The notes under the pieces: generated by a model
Databases searched by the model: none
What the model was told of the DNA's origin: nothing
The model's input: the letters and a program-made list of their open reading frames with translations, nothing else
Translations under genes and position numbers: made by a program
In this document: piece by piece, positions 21,106 through 30,000 of the stretch
Layout: each line of letters opens with the position of its first letter
How positions within the stretch are numbered: position 1 is the stretch's first letter
From: Campylobacterales bacterium
Lineage (GTDB): Bacteria; Campylobacterota; Campylobacteria; Campylobacterales; Nitratiruptoraceae
Direction: 5' to 3'
Assembly: GCA_027082175.1 (NCBI GenBank)
Contig: JALWIX010000013.1
Location: forward strand, 5,405 to 69,404
DNA length: 64,000 nt

Positions 21106-21133
21106 AGCTTTCTCCCGCTTTATAGCATTCCTA

Positions 21134-21152
21134 GATGAAGCTTTGCTTCATC
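21134..21152. terminator. Hairpin between the DUF505-like gene and IS256
   Basis: GATGAAGC-ttt-GCTTCATC, a perfect 8-bp stem. Confidence 0.55.
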
Positions 21153-21517
21153 ACTCATTTTAGATTTATCCCAAGGAAGATCGTTATAAATTCCGTGTCA
21201 GTTGGATAGTTAGATAAAATAAAGAGAAAGGACTGACATGGAAGAATTTGATTTTAACAAAGCAGTAAAAGATTTGCTTGCAGGGAAGAAGATAAGTGGT
21301 AAAGATGGCGTATTAGCTCCATTGGTAAAACAATTAGTAGAGGCTGCCCTTGAAGCTGAGATTGAGTCTCATATAGCCGATGAAGTCTTAAAGGGCAAAA
21401 AGAATCGTAGAAACGGTTACAACAGGAAAAAGATAAAAAGCAGTGACGGGGAGTTTGAGTTAGCTACTCCAAGAGATAGAGAGTGTTCATTTGAGCCTCA
21501 AATCATTAAAAAACACC

Positions 21518-21552
21518 TTCTGCTTGCAGTGATGTGAGCGTAAGCGAAACGA
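21518..21552 (+). mobile_element. 35-bp insertion, copy 1 (REP/MITE-like mini-element)
   Basis: TTCTGCTTGCAGTGATGTGAGCGTAAGCGAAACGA splits the CAA codon of K-H-Q-T-T-I-S-D. Confidence 0.85.
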
Positions 21553-22374
21553 AAACAACCATTAGCGATGAGATAGAGGAAAAAATCTTATCGATGTATG
21601 CTCTTGGGATGAGCTACACCGATATTTCAAAGCATATCGAAGAGATTTATCACATATCTTTATCTACTGCTACAATTAGCAATATCACCGATAAAATTAT
21701 TACAAAAGTCAAAGAGTGGCAACAAAGGCCATTAGAGGCTATATATCCTTTTATCTGGTTTGATGCAATTCACTATAAAATTAAGGATAATGGCAAATAT
21801 GTTAGTAAAGCCGTCTATACGATATTGGGTGTGAATCTTCAAGGCAGAAAAGAGATATTGGGACTTTACCTCAGTGAGAGTGAAGGAGCAAATTTCTGGC
21901 TGCAAGTTTTAACAGATTTAAACAATCGAGGAGTTCAGGATATTCTAATAGCTTCAGTTGATGGGCTTAAAGGTTTTCCAGAAGCTATTAATACGATATT
22001 TCCAAAAACAGAGGTACAATTATGTATAGTGCATCAGATAAGAAACTCTTTAAAATATGTAGCATCTAAGAACCAAAAAGAGTTTATGAAAGATCTCAAG
22101 CTTGTATATCAAGCTATATCCAAAGAAGTAGCAGAAGAAAAGTTAGATAAGCTTGAAGAAAAATGGGGTAAAAAGTATCCCATAGTAATTAACTCTTGGA
22201 AAAACAAGTGGGAGAATCTATCAAACTATTTCAAATATCCTGAACCTATTAGAAAAATCATCTATACTACCAATATCATTGAATCTGTACATAGACAATT
22301 TAGAAAACTAACAAAAACTAAAGGAGCGTTCCCAAATGAAAACTCACTTTTAAAACTGCTATATATGGGCATTC

Positions 22375-22409
22375 TTCTGCTTACAGTGATGTTGAACGAA
22401 GTGAAACGA
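22375..22409 (+). mobile_element. 35-bp insertion, copy 2 (REP/MITE-like mini-element)
   Basis: TTCTGCTTACAGTGATGTTGAACGAAGTGAAACGA splits the CAA codon of G-I-Q-N-V-Q-K-K-W. Confidence 0.85.
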
Positions 22410-22603
22410 AAAATGTCCAGAAAAAATGGACAATGCCAATTAAAAATTGGAATCTGACACTTTCTCAATTGGCTATTTTCTTTGAAGGCAGGCTTGATAA
22501 AGCCCTGGTTATCTAGTTTATAGTATAATTTGAAGGTGACACGGAATTGTGAATATTCTTCTTTAGCCCCGCTGCTACATAGGGGGAGGGGCACTTTTGT
22601 GCC

Positions 22604-23380
22604 TCATTTTACTATTATAATCTCCTCTTCAAGCGCTATTTTATACTTCTCATATACCATTTTTTTTGCTAACTCTATTAGATTTAATGCTTCTTCAAAG
22701 GTACCGGCTCCTAAATTTACTAAAAAATTTGCGTGGATTTTGCTAAAAGCCATATCTCCTACTCTATATCCCTTCAACCCCACATCTTCTATCAATTTTC
22801 CGGCAAAGTTTCCGGGGGGATTTTTAAAAACGCTTCCAGCGCTTGGCTCTTTTGGTTGGTTTTTTCTAAGAGACAGAAGTTTTTGCCGTAAAATTTCATT
22901 GTAGCCCTCTTTTAACTCAAATCCCGCCTCATAAACAATATTTTTGATATCTGTTTTTCTATATCCTAGGTTTAGGTTTTCTTTGTATATTTTGCCTTTA
23001 TAGGTTTTAATCCATTTTAAAACATTTTTTATCTCATACTCTTTGACTCCCGCATTCATCTTTACAGCGCCGCCTATGGTTCCAGGAAGTCCGCTTAAAA
23101 ATTCAAATCCCGCAATATTATTTTTTTTACAAAAAGAGACAACTTTACCCGTTGGCGTCGCCCCTCCTATAATAAGCTCGCCCTCTTCTATCTTGATATA
23201 ATCGAATTTTTTTGAGAGCTTTGCAAGAGGAAGAGGGTTGGGAGACACTAAAATATTGTTGGCTCCGCCTATTAAAAAATAGTCTTCATTTTTTTTATCT
23301 ATCTCTGTGATAATCTCCACATCTACTACGGGGCCTATTTTTATAGATGAGTATTTTTTAAGATTTATCTTTTCTTTCAT
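22604..23380 (-). CDS. murB: UDP-N-acetylmuramate dehydrogenase
   Basis: SSIKIGP, GGANNIL, LPGTIGGAVKMNAG, PSAGSVFKNP and HANFLVN motifs. Confidence 0.95.
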   Translation of the reverse strand: MKEKINLKKYSSIKIGPVVDVEIITEIDKKNEDYFLIGGANNILVSPNPLPLAKLSKKFDYIKIEEGELIIGGATPTGKVVSFCKKNNIAGFEFLSGLPGTIGGAVKMNAGVKEYEIKNVLKWIKTYKGKIYKENLNLGYRKTDIKNIVYEAGFELKEGYNEILRQKLLSLRKNQPKEPSAGSVFKNPPGNFAGKLIEDVGLKGYRVGDMAFSKIHANFLVNLGAGTFEEALNLIELAKKMVYEKYKIALEEEIIIVK

Positions 23381-24244
23381 TTAGCTAAATCTTACGTTTT
23401 TGTATTCGGAAGGTATAAGATACTCTTTCGTTTTTATAGGCGCGTCGTAAAAACTGTGCTCAAAACCTATCTCAAAGAGTCTATCTAGCGCTTCGTAATG
23501 CTCTTCATTCATTAAAGAAGAGTCTTCGTTCGCATACATATTTAGATATATTTTTAGTTTTTCGTCATCTATTCTAACAAGGTTTCTCTCAATAAGCATT
23601 TTTGATAAAACATCTTTATGTTTATTTGCCACTTGGACTGCTTTTATTAACATATTTTCAGACTCTATAGCTTTTAAAAGAGGGATAGAGCGTCTAAGAG
23701 CCATTCCGCCAAGAGGCAAAGGAAGCTCCTTTTTCGCTAATTCTATCCATATATCCCATATCTCTTTTTCAACTTCCAAAGATTCGTCAAAATCTAAAAT
23801 GGATTCATGAATCAAAACCCCCGCATCTACTTTTTCTTCAATTACGGCTTTTTCTATCTCCAAAAAGTTCATATATACAACTCTTGCATGAGGGTAGGCT
23901 ATACGAAACAGCATTGCGTTTGTCGTATATTTGCCGCTTAATGCCACTTTGAAGTTTTTTTTAAGCTTTTTGCCTCTCTTTTTGATAAGTTTTGGACCAT
24001 ACCCTTTTCCGAAACTAACCGCGGTTTTTAATAGCGCGTAATCGTTTTTTATGTAAGGATATAGCGCGAAACTTATTGCAGATATATCGTAATAGTTTTG
24101 TAAGGCTTTTTCGTTTAGAGTTTCGATATCTAGAGCGATATTTTCAAATTTTATATCTTTGGAACTAATCCACCCAAATTTAATAGCGTAAAACATAAAA
24201 ATATCGTCGGCGTCCGGAGAGTGGGCAACGGTATATGTTGACAT
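23381..24244 (-). CDS. mqnD: 1,4-dihydroxy-6-naphthoate synthase (futalosine pathway)
   Basis: AHSPDADDIFMF, DIETLN, GYGPKL, GVLIHE and LPLGGMALRR motifs. Confidence 0.88.
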   Translation of the reverse strand: MSTYTVAHSPDADDIFMFYAIKFGWISSKDIKFENIALDIETLNEKALQNYYDISAISFALYPYIKNDYALLKTAVSFGKGYGPKLIKKRGKKLKKNFKVALSGKYTTNAMLFRIAYPHARVVYMNFLEIEKAVIEEKVDAGVLIHESILDFDESLEVEKEIWDIWIELAKKELPLPLGGMALRRSIPLLKAIESENMLIKAVQVANKHKDVLSKMLIERNLVRIDDEKLKIYLNMYANEDSSLMNEEHYEALDRLFEIGFEHSFYDAPIKTKEYLIPSEYKNVRFS

Positions 24245-24256
24245 CTGTTTCCTTTT

Positions 24257-24331
24257 GGAATTGGGAATTAGGAATGGGGAATTTGCGAAAAGTTAATGTG
24301 TACTAGTTCCAAATTCCCAATTCCTAACTAC
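24257..24331. repeat. Heptamer-armed palindrome, copy 3
   Basis: GGAATTG GGAATTA GGAATGG GGAATTT ... TAGTTCC AAATTCC CAATTCC TAACTAC; abuts the mqnD RBS. Confidence 0.88.
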
Positions 24332-24399
24332 TAATATTTATGGATATTTTACTTAAAAAAAGATAAAATATTATTAATTTCTATGATGAGAGGTTTTGA

Positions 24400-25434
24400 A
24401 TGGATTCAAATAAAGCAAAAGCGCTGGAACTCGCTATAAAACAGATTGATAAAGCTTTTGGGAAAGGAGCTTTGGTAAAGCTTGGCGAAAAGGAGATCGA
24501 GCCTATTGCAGCTATAAGCACAGGTTCTTTAGGACTTGATCTAGCCCTTGGAATAGGAGGAGTTCCAAAGGGAAGAATTATAGAGATTTATGGACCTGAG
24601 AGTTCGGGAAAAACCACTTTGGCTCTTCAAATAATAGCTGAAGCGCAAAAAGAGGGAGGAGTTTGCGCTTTTATAGATGCAGAACACGCTTTAGATGTTT
24701 TATACGCCAAAAATTTAGGCGTAGATGTAGAAAATTTACTTGTTTCACAGCCAGATTTTGGCGAGCAGGCTTTGGATATTGTTGAAACTATCGCTAGAAG
24801 CGGCGCAGTTGATGTTATAGTTATAGACTCTGTCGCCGCGCTTACTCCAAAGGCCGAGATAGAAGGAGAGATGGGCGATAGTCACATGGGACTTCAAGCA
24901 AGGCTTATGAGTCAAGCCCTGAGAAAGTTAACCGGTGTTCTACATAAAATGAACACCACCGTAATTTTTATAAACCAAATTCGTATGAAAATAGGCGCAA
25001 TGGGTTACGGCACGCCTGAAACTACAACAGGCGGGAACGCTTTGAAATTTTACGCTTCGGTTAGAATAGACGTAAGAAGAATTGCCACTTTAAAACAGGG
25101 TGAAAATCAGATAGGAAACAGAGTTAGGGCAAAAGTTGTAAAAAACAAAGTGGCTCCACCTTTTAGACAAGCGGAATTTGATATTATGTTTGGCGAAGGA
25201 ATCAGCAAAGAGGGAGAGATTATAGATTACGGAGTAAAACTTGACATTGTCGATAAAAGCGGCAGCTGGTTTAGTTATAAAGATATTAAACTTGGACAAG
25301 GAAGAGAAAACGCCAAAGCGTATCTAAAAGAGCATCCTGAAGTTGCGGCTGAGATTGAAAACGAGATAAAAAACGCTATGGGCATAAACGATAGCGTTAT
25401 GATGGTACCCGATGAAGAAATGAGCGAAGATTAA
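24400..25434 (+). CDS. recA: Recombinase RecA
   Basis: [32 protein letters not shown] and KNKVAPPF motifs. Confidence 0.99.
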   Translation: MDSNKAKALELAIKQIDKAFGKGALVKLGEKEIEPIAAISTGSLGLDLALGIGGVPKGRIIEIYGPESSGKTTLALQIIAEAQKEGGVCAFIDAEHALDVLYAKNLGVDVENLLVSQPDFGEQALDIVETIARSGAVDVIVIDSVAALTPKAEIEGEMGDSHMGLQARLMSQALRKLTGVLHKMNTTVIFINQIRMKIGAMGYGTPETTTGGNALKFYASVRIDVRRIATLKQGENQIGNRVRAKVVKNKVAPPFRQAEFDIMFGEGISKEGEIIDYGVKLDIVDKSGSWFSYKDIKLGQGRENAKAYLKEHPEVAAEIENEIKNAMGINDSVMMVPDEEMSED

Positions 25435-25489
25435 AGAGACAGTTTTTATTTGATATATTAGATAATATTTGATTAAACAAGGAGATTTG

Positions 25490-26755
25490 ATGGTATATAT
25501 AGATAATGTTTTTGCCCAGGAGGTTTTAGATAGCAGAGGAAATCCCACGGTAAAAGCTACTGTGGTTTTAAGTGATGCAACTGTAGCAAGCGCTATAGTG
25601 CCAAGCGGCGCTAGTACTGGAAAAAGAGAGGCTTTGGAACTTAGAGACGGCGATGAGAGATTTTTGGGTAAAGGCGTTTTAAAAGCTTGTGAAAATGTTG
25701 ATGTTGCTATTGCGGACGAACTTGTAGGTTTAAGTCCATATAATCAGACAGAGATTGACGCTATAATGAAAGAGCTTGACGGTACGGAAAATTACTCAAA
25801 ACTTGGCGCAAATGCGGTTTTGGGAGTATCAATGGCCGTGGCAAGAGCGGCAGCTAAGAGTCTTAATCTACCTCTTTACAGATATCTTGGAGGAGCTAAC
25901 GGGGTAATTTTACCGACTCCAATGTTAAATATCATCAATGGCGGAGCACATGCGGATAACAGTGTGGATTTTCAAGAGTATATGATAATGCCAACGGGGT
26001 TTGATGACTTTAAAGAGGCTCTAAGAGCTAGCAGCGAAATATATCATACTCTTAAAAAACTGATTAACAACGACGGTCACTCTACGGCTTTGGGTGACGA
26101 GGGAGGTTTTGCCCCAAATCTGAAAAATAATGCCGAGCCTATAGAGTATATTTTAAGAGCTATAGAAAAAGCTGGCTATAAACCTGGAGAGGAGATTACG
26201 ATAGCTTTGGATGTGGCAAGTAGCGAGCTTTATGAAGATGGAAAATATAATCTTAAAGGCGAAAATAGAGTTTTAAGCGCCGAAGAGTTGGCGGACTATT
26301 ATGTCGAGCTTGTAGGTAAATTTCCTATAGTCTCAATAGAGGACGGAATGGCTGAAGATGATTGGGAAGGATGGAAGGTTCTTACCGATAAACTTGGAGA
26401 TAAAATTCAGCTTGTAGGGGATGACCTTTTTGTTACAAATAAAAAGATTTTGAAAGAGGGTATCGAAAAAAACATAGCAAACGCAATTTTAATAAAGCCT
26501 AATCAGATAGGAACCGTAAGTGAGACTATGCAGACGGTAAGACTAGCTCAAAGAAACGGTTACAATTGCGTTATGAGTCACAGAAGCGGCGAGAGCGAAG
26601 ACGCTTTTATAGCCGATTTTGCCGTTGCGCTAAATACCGCTCAGATAAAAACCGGCGCGCCGGCCAGAGGTGAAAGAACTGCCAAATACAATAGACTTAT
26701 AGAGATAGAAAGAGACCTTGTGTATGGCGAATATATTGGCAAAGAGCTTTTCTAA
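25490..26755 (+). CDS. eno: Enolase
   Basis: [20 protein letters not shown] and SHRSGESED motifs; AAGGAG RBS before 25490. Confidence 0.98.
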   Translation: MVYIDNVFAQEVLDSRGNPTVKATVVLSDATVASAIVPSGASTGKREALELRDGDERFLGKGVLKACENVDVAIADELVGLSPYNQTEIDAIMKELDGTENYSKLGANAVLGVSMAVARAAAKSLNLPLYRYLGGANGVILPTPMLNIINGGAHADNSVDFQEYMIMPTGFDDFKEALRASSEIYHTLKKLINNDGHSTALGDEGGFAPNLKNNAEPIEYILRAIEKAGYKPGEEITIALDVASSELYEDGKYNLKGENRVLSAEELADYYVELVGKFPIVSIEDGMAEDDWEGWKVLTDKLGDKIQLVGDDLFVTNKKILKEGIEKNIANAILIKPNQIGTVSETMQTVRLAQRNGYNCVMSHRSGESEDAFIADFAVALNTAQIKTGAPARGERTAKYNRLIEIERDLVYGEYIGKELF

Positions 26756-26765
26756 GTGAAAATTT

Positions 26766-27035
26766 ATGAGAGAGATTATCGATGATCTCATAGGTTTAGG
26801 AGCCGGTAAAAAATATTTGGTTTTATATGCGGTCAAAGTTTTGGCCGCACTTCTTTTGATAATAGCAATAGGCGTCTATATAGGGAATCTTCTTTTTGGA
26901 AAAGATTCAGTTGAGGTTTTGATAGAGATTCAAAACAAAGAGAGAGCTTTAAAAAGAGAAGTTCAAAGATTGAAAGAGGAAAATGCCAGATTGCAAAAAG
27001 AGTATTTTGAACTAAAACAGTTGGAGCCGGAGTGA
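26766..27035 (+). CDS. Septum formation initiator (FtsB/DivIC-like)
   Basis: One TM helix followed by a coiled coil; position directly after eno is typical. Confidence 0.7.
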   Translation: MREIIDDLIGLGAGKKYLVLYAVKVLAALLLIIAIGVYIGNLLFGKDSVEVLIEIQNKERALKREVQRLKEENARLQKEYFELKQLEPE

Positions 27036-27481
27036 GATATATAGTTTTTTTAATTGTAGCTTTCAGTATAATTGTCGCTAGAGAGAATCCTTTTGAGCCT
27101 GTAAAAACGAAGACTTTAAAGACTTTGTCCCATAAAAGCCCACTAAAAGAAGCATCGCTTAAAAAAGAGGAAAAAGAGGTTAAAAAACTTTTTAGATGGA
27201 TAAGTCTAAGTGTTGCAAAAGAGCATATTTTTTTAAAAACCAAAGATGGACTCATTAAAAATTTTACTATTGAGAATCCGAAAAAGATTGTTTTGGATTT
27301 TAAATCAAACAGAAGCTTTAAAACAAAAAGAGCAAAACTTAAGAATAATCAATGTATAGATGAAATAGCGCTAGGAGCGCATAAGGGCTATTACAGAATC
27401 GCCCTGACGTTTAAAAAAGAGTGCGATTATAAACTTTCTAAAGAGAAAGGCGGCTATAAACTCACTTTTAAACCCCATTAG
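27032..27481 (+). CDS. AMIN-domain periplasmic protein
   Basis: Signal peptide; RENPF, NPKKIVLDF and IALGAHKGYYRI motifs. Confidence 0.8.
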   Translation: MRYIVFLIVAFSIIVARENPFEPVKTKTLKTLSHKSPLKEASLKKEEKEVKKLFRWISLSVAKEHIFLKTKDGLIKNFTIENPKKIVLDFKSNRSFKTKRAKLKNNQCIDEIALGAHKGYYRIALTFKKECDYKLSKEKGGYKLTFKPH

Positions 27482-28625
27482 TTTGTTTTAGCTTCATTAT
27501 GATTTTGATAGATGTCATAACAATCAACACTTCAAATAGACTCGCTAGAATAAATGCGAGATAGTAAAAATTATCGATACTTTTTGCGTGATAAGCCAGC
27601 GTGGCTATAGCTACCAAAAGCGTTAACGGCATAGAGTGAGAAAGTCCCAATAACAAAGAGTTTTTAAATCCTAAAATTTTTATGAATACAAAAGAGGAGA
27701 CAACTCTAATAAATATCATTAAAAAGGTTATCATTAAAGCTTTTTGCACCAAACCTTCCATTAGTAAAGCGCTAAGTTTAAAAGAGCTTCCTGTATATAT
27801 AAAAAATATCGGAACGAAAAAACCGAAACCGAACGAGGAAAGCTTATGAGGCAGCGCCTTTTTGTGTTCAAAAAAGGTAGCGATGAAAATCCCGGCTATA
27901 AAAGCTCCAAACGCCACTTCAAGCTTTAGATATACCATAATGGCTATGAAAATAAAAAATATAGCCATAGAGAGCCTTATATCTTGCTCCTCTTTATCGA
28001 TCCTAGGCATTAGGGTGGTTTTGATTTCCGGATACCACCAAAAAAGGATTTGTAAAAATTTGAAAATACCTAAAATAAGAAGTAAAAATATGGATAGATA
28101 GAAAATCGTTTCATAAAATTTGCCCCCATATCCAAATTCGAAACCGGCGCTTATTATAGTTAGAATCGCTATGGATACCACTTCTCCTAAAGAACCGATA
28201 GTCATAGATAGTTCTAACCATTTTACATTTTTACCGAACTCTTTTATTAAAGCGGCTATAAGGCCTACCGATATAAGAGGTAAAATAGCTATAAAAATAT
28301 TGCTTAAATCGAGATATTTTACGGTTATAAAGGAGAGTATATAAAGATTTAGTATGTAAAACATTCCTCTTTTTAAAATCTTTTTATCAGTATTGATAAC
28401 TTTTTTTAAATCTACTTCAAGGCCGGCTAAAAACATTAGATACAAAAACCCGAATTCAGCTACTAGTTCAAAAAGTTCTATATGGTGTAAAAGTCCTACT
28501 GTCCCGGCTATAGAGCCAAATATTATCTCTAGAACGCTTGTAGGAAGTCGAGTAATTTTTGCCAAAAAAGGCGTAGCGAAAATCAAGAGAGAAAGGGTGA
28601 CGATAATAACTAATTCGTTACTCAT
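27468..28625 (-). CDS. Cation:proton antiporter (CPA2-like)
   Basis: About 12 TM segments; AEFGFLYLMFLAGLEVD, GAFIAG and FFVPIFF motifs. Confidence 0.88.
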   Translation of the reverse strand: MSNELVIIVTLSLLIFATPFLAKITRLPTSVLEIIFGSIAGTVGLLHHIELFELVAEFGFLYLMFLAGLEVDLKKVINTDKKILKRGMFYILNLYILSFITVKYLDLSNIFIAILPLISVGLIAALIKEFGKNVKWLELSMTIGSLGEVVSIAILTIISAGFEFGYGGKFYETIFYLSIFLLLILGIFKFLQILFWWYPEIKTTLMPRIDKEEQDIRLSMAIFFIFIAIMVYLKLEVAFGAFIAGIFIATFFEHKKALPHKLSSFGFGFFVPIFFIYTGSSFKLSALLMEGLVQKALMITFLMIFIRVVSSFVFIKILGFKNSLLLGLSHSMPLTLLVAIATLAYHAKSIDNFYYLAFILASLFEVLIVMTSIKIIMKLKQTNGV

Positions 28626-29457
28626 GACAACTTTGGGCTATCTCATATCCCAATTTCGTTAATATTTCTATATCTTTAGAGGCTTCTTCGCCTTTTGTCG
28701 TAAGATAGTCTCCAACTACAATAGAGTTTGCTCCGGCTTTTAAGACAAGCGGCCACTCCTCTTTAAAGACTAATTCTCTTCCGCCGGCAACCATTATCAT
28801 AGCACTGCTCATAAGCTCTCTCGCTTTTTTTATAACCTCTAAAGCTTCACTCTTTTTCATAACGCGTTTTGGAAGAGGAAGAGCTGGATTAGGATGAAAA
28901 AAGTTTATAGGCACGCTCATAGGATTTAGTGAGGCTATCTGTTTTAAAAGCTCTTCCCTTTGCTCTTTACTTTCTCCAAGACCAAAAATTCCGCCTGTAC
29001 AGAGATTGAGCCCGGCCTCTTTAGCATTAAGGCAAGTTTGGTATCTCTCTTCCCAGGTATGAGTAGTGCAGATGTTTTTGTAAAAACTTTTGGCGCTCTC
29101 GAGATTATGGTTGTAGTTTTCTACGCCCGCTTTTTTTAACTCTTTTAGCTGCTCTACGCTTGCGGTTCCGTTGCAGCCAATCAACGATATATCTGGAACC
29201 TCTTTTTTTACCGCCAAAGCGGCTTCGCATACAAAGTCTAGTATCTTGTCATCTATACCTTTTCCCGCGGTAACGAGACAAAAGCCGATAGCTTTTGAAG
29301 ATTTGGCTTTTTTAGCCTCTTGAACTATTTTTTTTATCGATTTATATTTGTATCTCTCTATATCGGCTTTATATTTAGTACTTTGAGTGCAAAAAGCGCA
29401 ATCCTCGGCACATACGCCGCTTGAGATATTTGATATGGCGCAAAGATATACTTTCAT
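28618..29457 (-). CDS. bioB: Biotin synthase
   Basis: CAEDCAFC radical-SAM motif; YNHNLES, CTGGIFGLGE and GDYLTT motifs. Confidence 0.95.
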   Translation of the reverse strand: MKVYLCAISNISSGVCAEDCAFCTQSTKYKADIERYKYKSIKKIVQEAKKAKSSKAIGFCLVTAGKGIDDKILDFVCEAALAVKKEVPDISLIGCNGTASVEQLKELKKAGVENYNHNLESAKSFYKNICTTHTWEERYQTCLNAKEAGLNLCTGGIFGLGESKEQREELLKQIASLNPMSVPINFFHPNPALPLPKRVMKKSEALEVIKKARELMSSAMIMVAGGRELVFKEEWPLVLKAGANSIVVGDYLTTKGEEASKDIEILTKLGYEIAQSCHE

Positions 29458-29494
29458 ACACAACCTTCCGCAAAATAGTTGGAGATTATAAACT

Positions 29495-29989
29495 TTAGCA
29501 CTTTTTTACTACTTCCCAACTATTAGTTCTTAATTTCTTAAAACAGTAATAAACGTTTAAATCCTCCATATCTAGAATCGCGCACTCGTTTAACGGTTTT
29601 TCCCTAGCGCATACTTCTCCGGGATTAATATATAGGCTCTTTTTTTTATCGCATTCAAACTTATGTAGATGTCCGTAGATTATAACATCAGTATCCGGTG
29701 TTAAATAGTAAGGATGATGCATTAATTTAAAACTTTTATTTTCGATTTTGAAATAGTAAGGCTCTTTGTATATTGGTATTTTGTCGTATTGATCTATTGG
29801 TATATTAGTATCGGTATTGCCTAAAACCGCAATAAAGTTTAGATTTTCTTTTATTAAAAAATCCAGCACATCTTTTCCGATATCTCCGGCGTGAAGCAGA
29901 TATTTGATATCTCGCGATTTAAGAAACTCTACGGCTTCTTTTGTATACTCTACTTTATTGTGAGTATCAGAGATTATTCCTATTTTCAT
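29495..29989 (-). CDS. YfcE-family metallophosphoesterase
   Basis: SDTH, HAGD, GNTD, GHLH and NPGE motifs. Confidence 0.88.
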   Translation of the reverse strand: MKIGIISDTHNKVEYTKEAVEFLKSRDIKYLLHAGDIGKDVLDFLIKENLNFIAVLGNTDTNIPIDQYDKIPIYKEPYYFKIENKSFKLMHHPYYLTPDTDVIIYGHLHKFECDKKKSLYINPGEVCAREKPLNECAILDMEDLNVYYCFKKLRTNSWEVVKKC

Positions 29990-30000
29990 TTTCTCTCCAA

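Larger units (their letters stand above)
21238..22516 (+). pseudogene. IS256-family DDE transposase interrupted by two 35-bp insertions
   Basis: RNGY, PRDR, FEPQ, WFDAIHYK, VDGLKGF, QLCIVHQIRN and YTTNIIES motifs; span 1279 nt minus 70 nt = 1209 nt = 402 aa plus stop. Confidence 0.93.
21176..22561 (+). mobile_element. IS256-family insertion sequence (1386 bp; 1316 bp without the two internal insertions)
   Basis: Terminal inverted repeats GAAGAtcgTTataAATTCCGTGTCA (21176-21200) vs reverse complement of 22537-22561, 19/25 identical; IS256-type transposase inside; no flanking target duplication. Confidence 0.92.

Noticed and set aside
21527-21552. Hammerhead-ribozyme resemblance (TGATG..GA-stem-GAAAC)
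   Set aside because: The invariant CUGANGA core is not present (reads TGTGA or TGTTGA before the stem), and no stems I/III with a UH site could be built
21518-22409. The two 35-mers as CRISPR repeats
   Set aside because: They are 857 bp apart, non-identical, embedded in a coding sequence, and there is no array or cas gene
21238-22457. Two-ORF IS with programmed frameshifting (99 aa + 307 aa in the ORF track)
   Set aside because: IS256-family elements encode a single ORF; the split is fully explained by the two 35-bp insertions
16505-22603. Integrase-type genomic island with an attR copy of the tRNA-Pro 3' end
   Set aside because: No integrase gene and no downstream repeat of CCACTCCGACCA were seen
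22562-22603. GC-rich stretch beside the IS right end as an ncRNA fragment
   Set aside because: No tRNA, SRP or tmRNA motif recognised; the GGCAC-TTTT-GTGCC hairpin is adequately explained as a murB terminator
24335-24399. LexA/SOS box upstream of recA
   Set aside because: No recognisable palindrome, consistent with Campylobacterota generally lacking LexA
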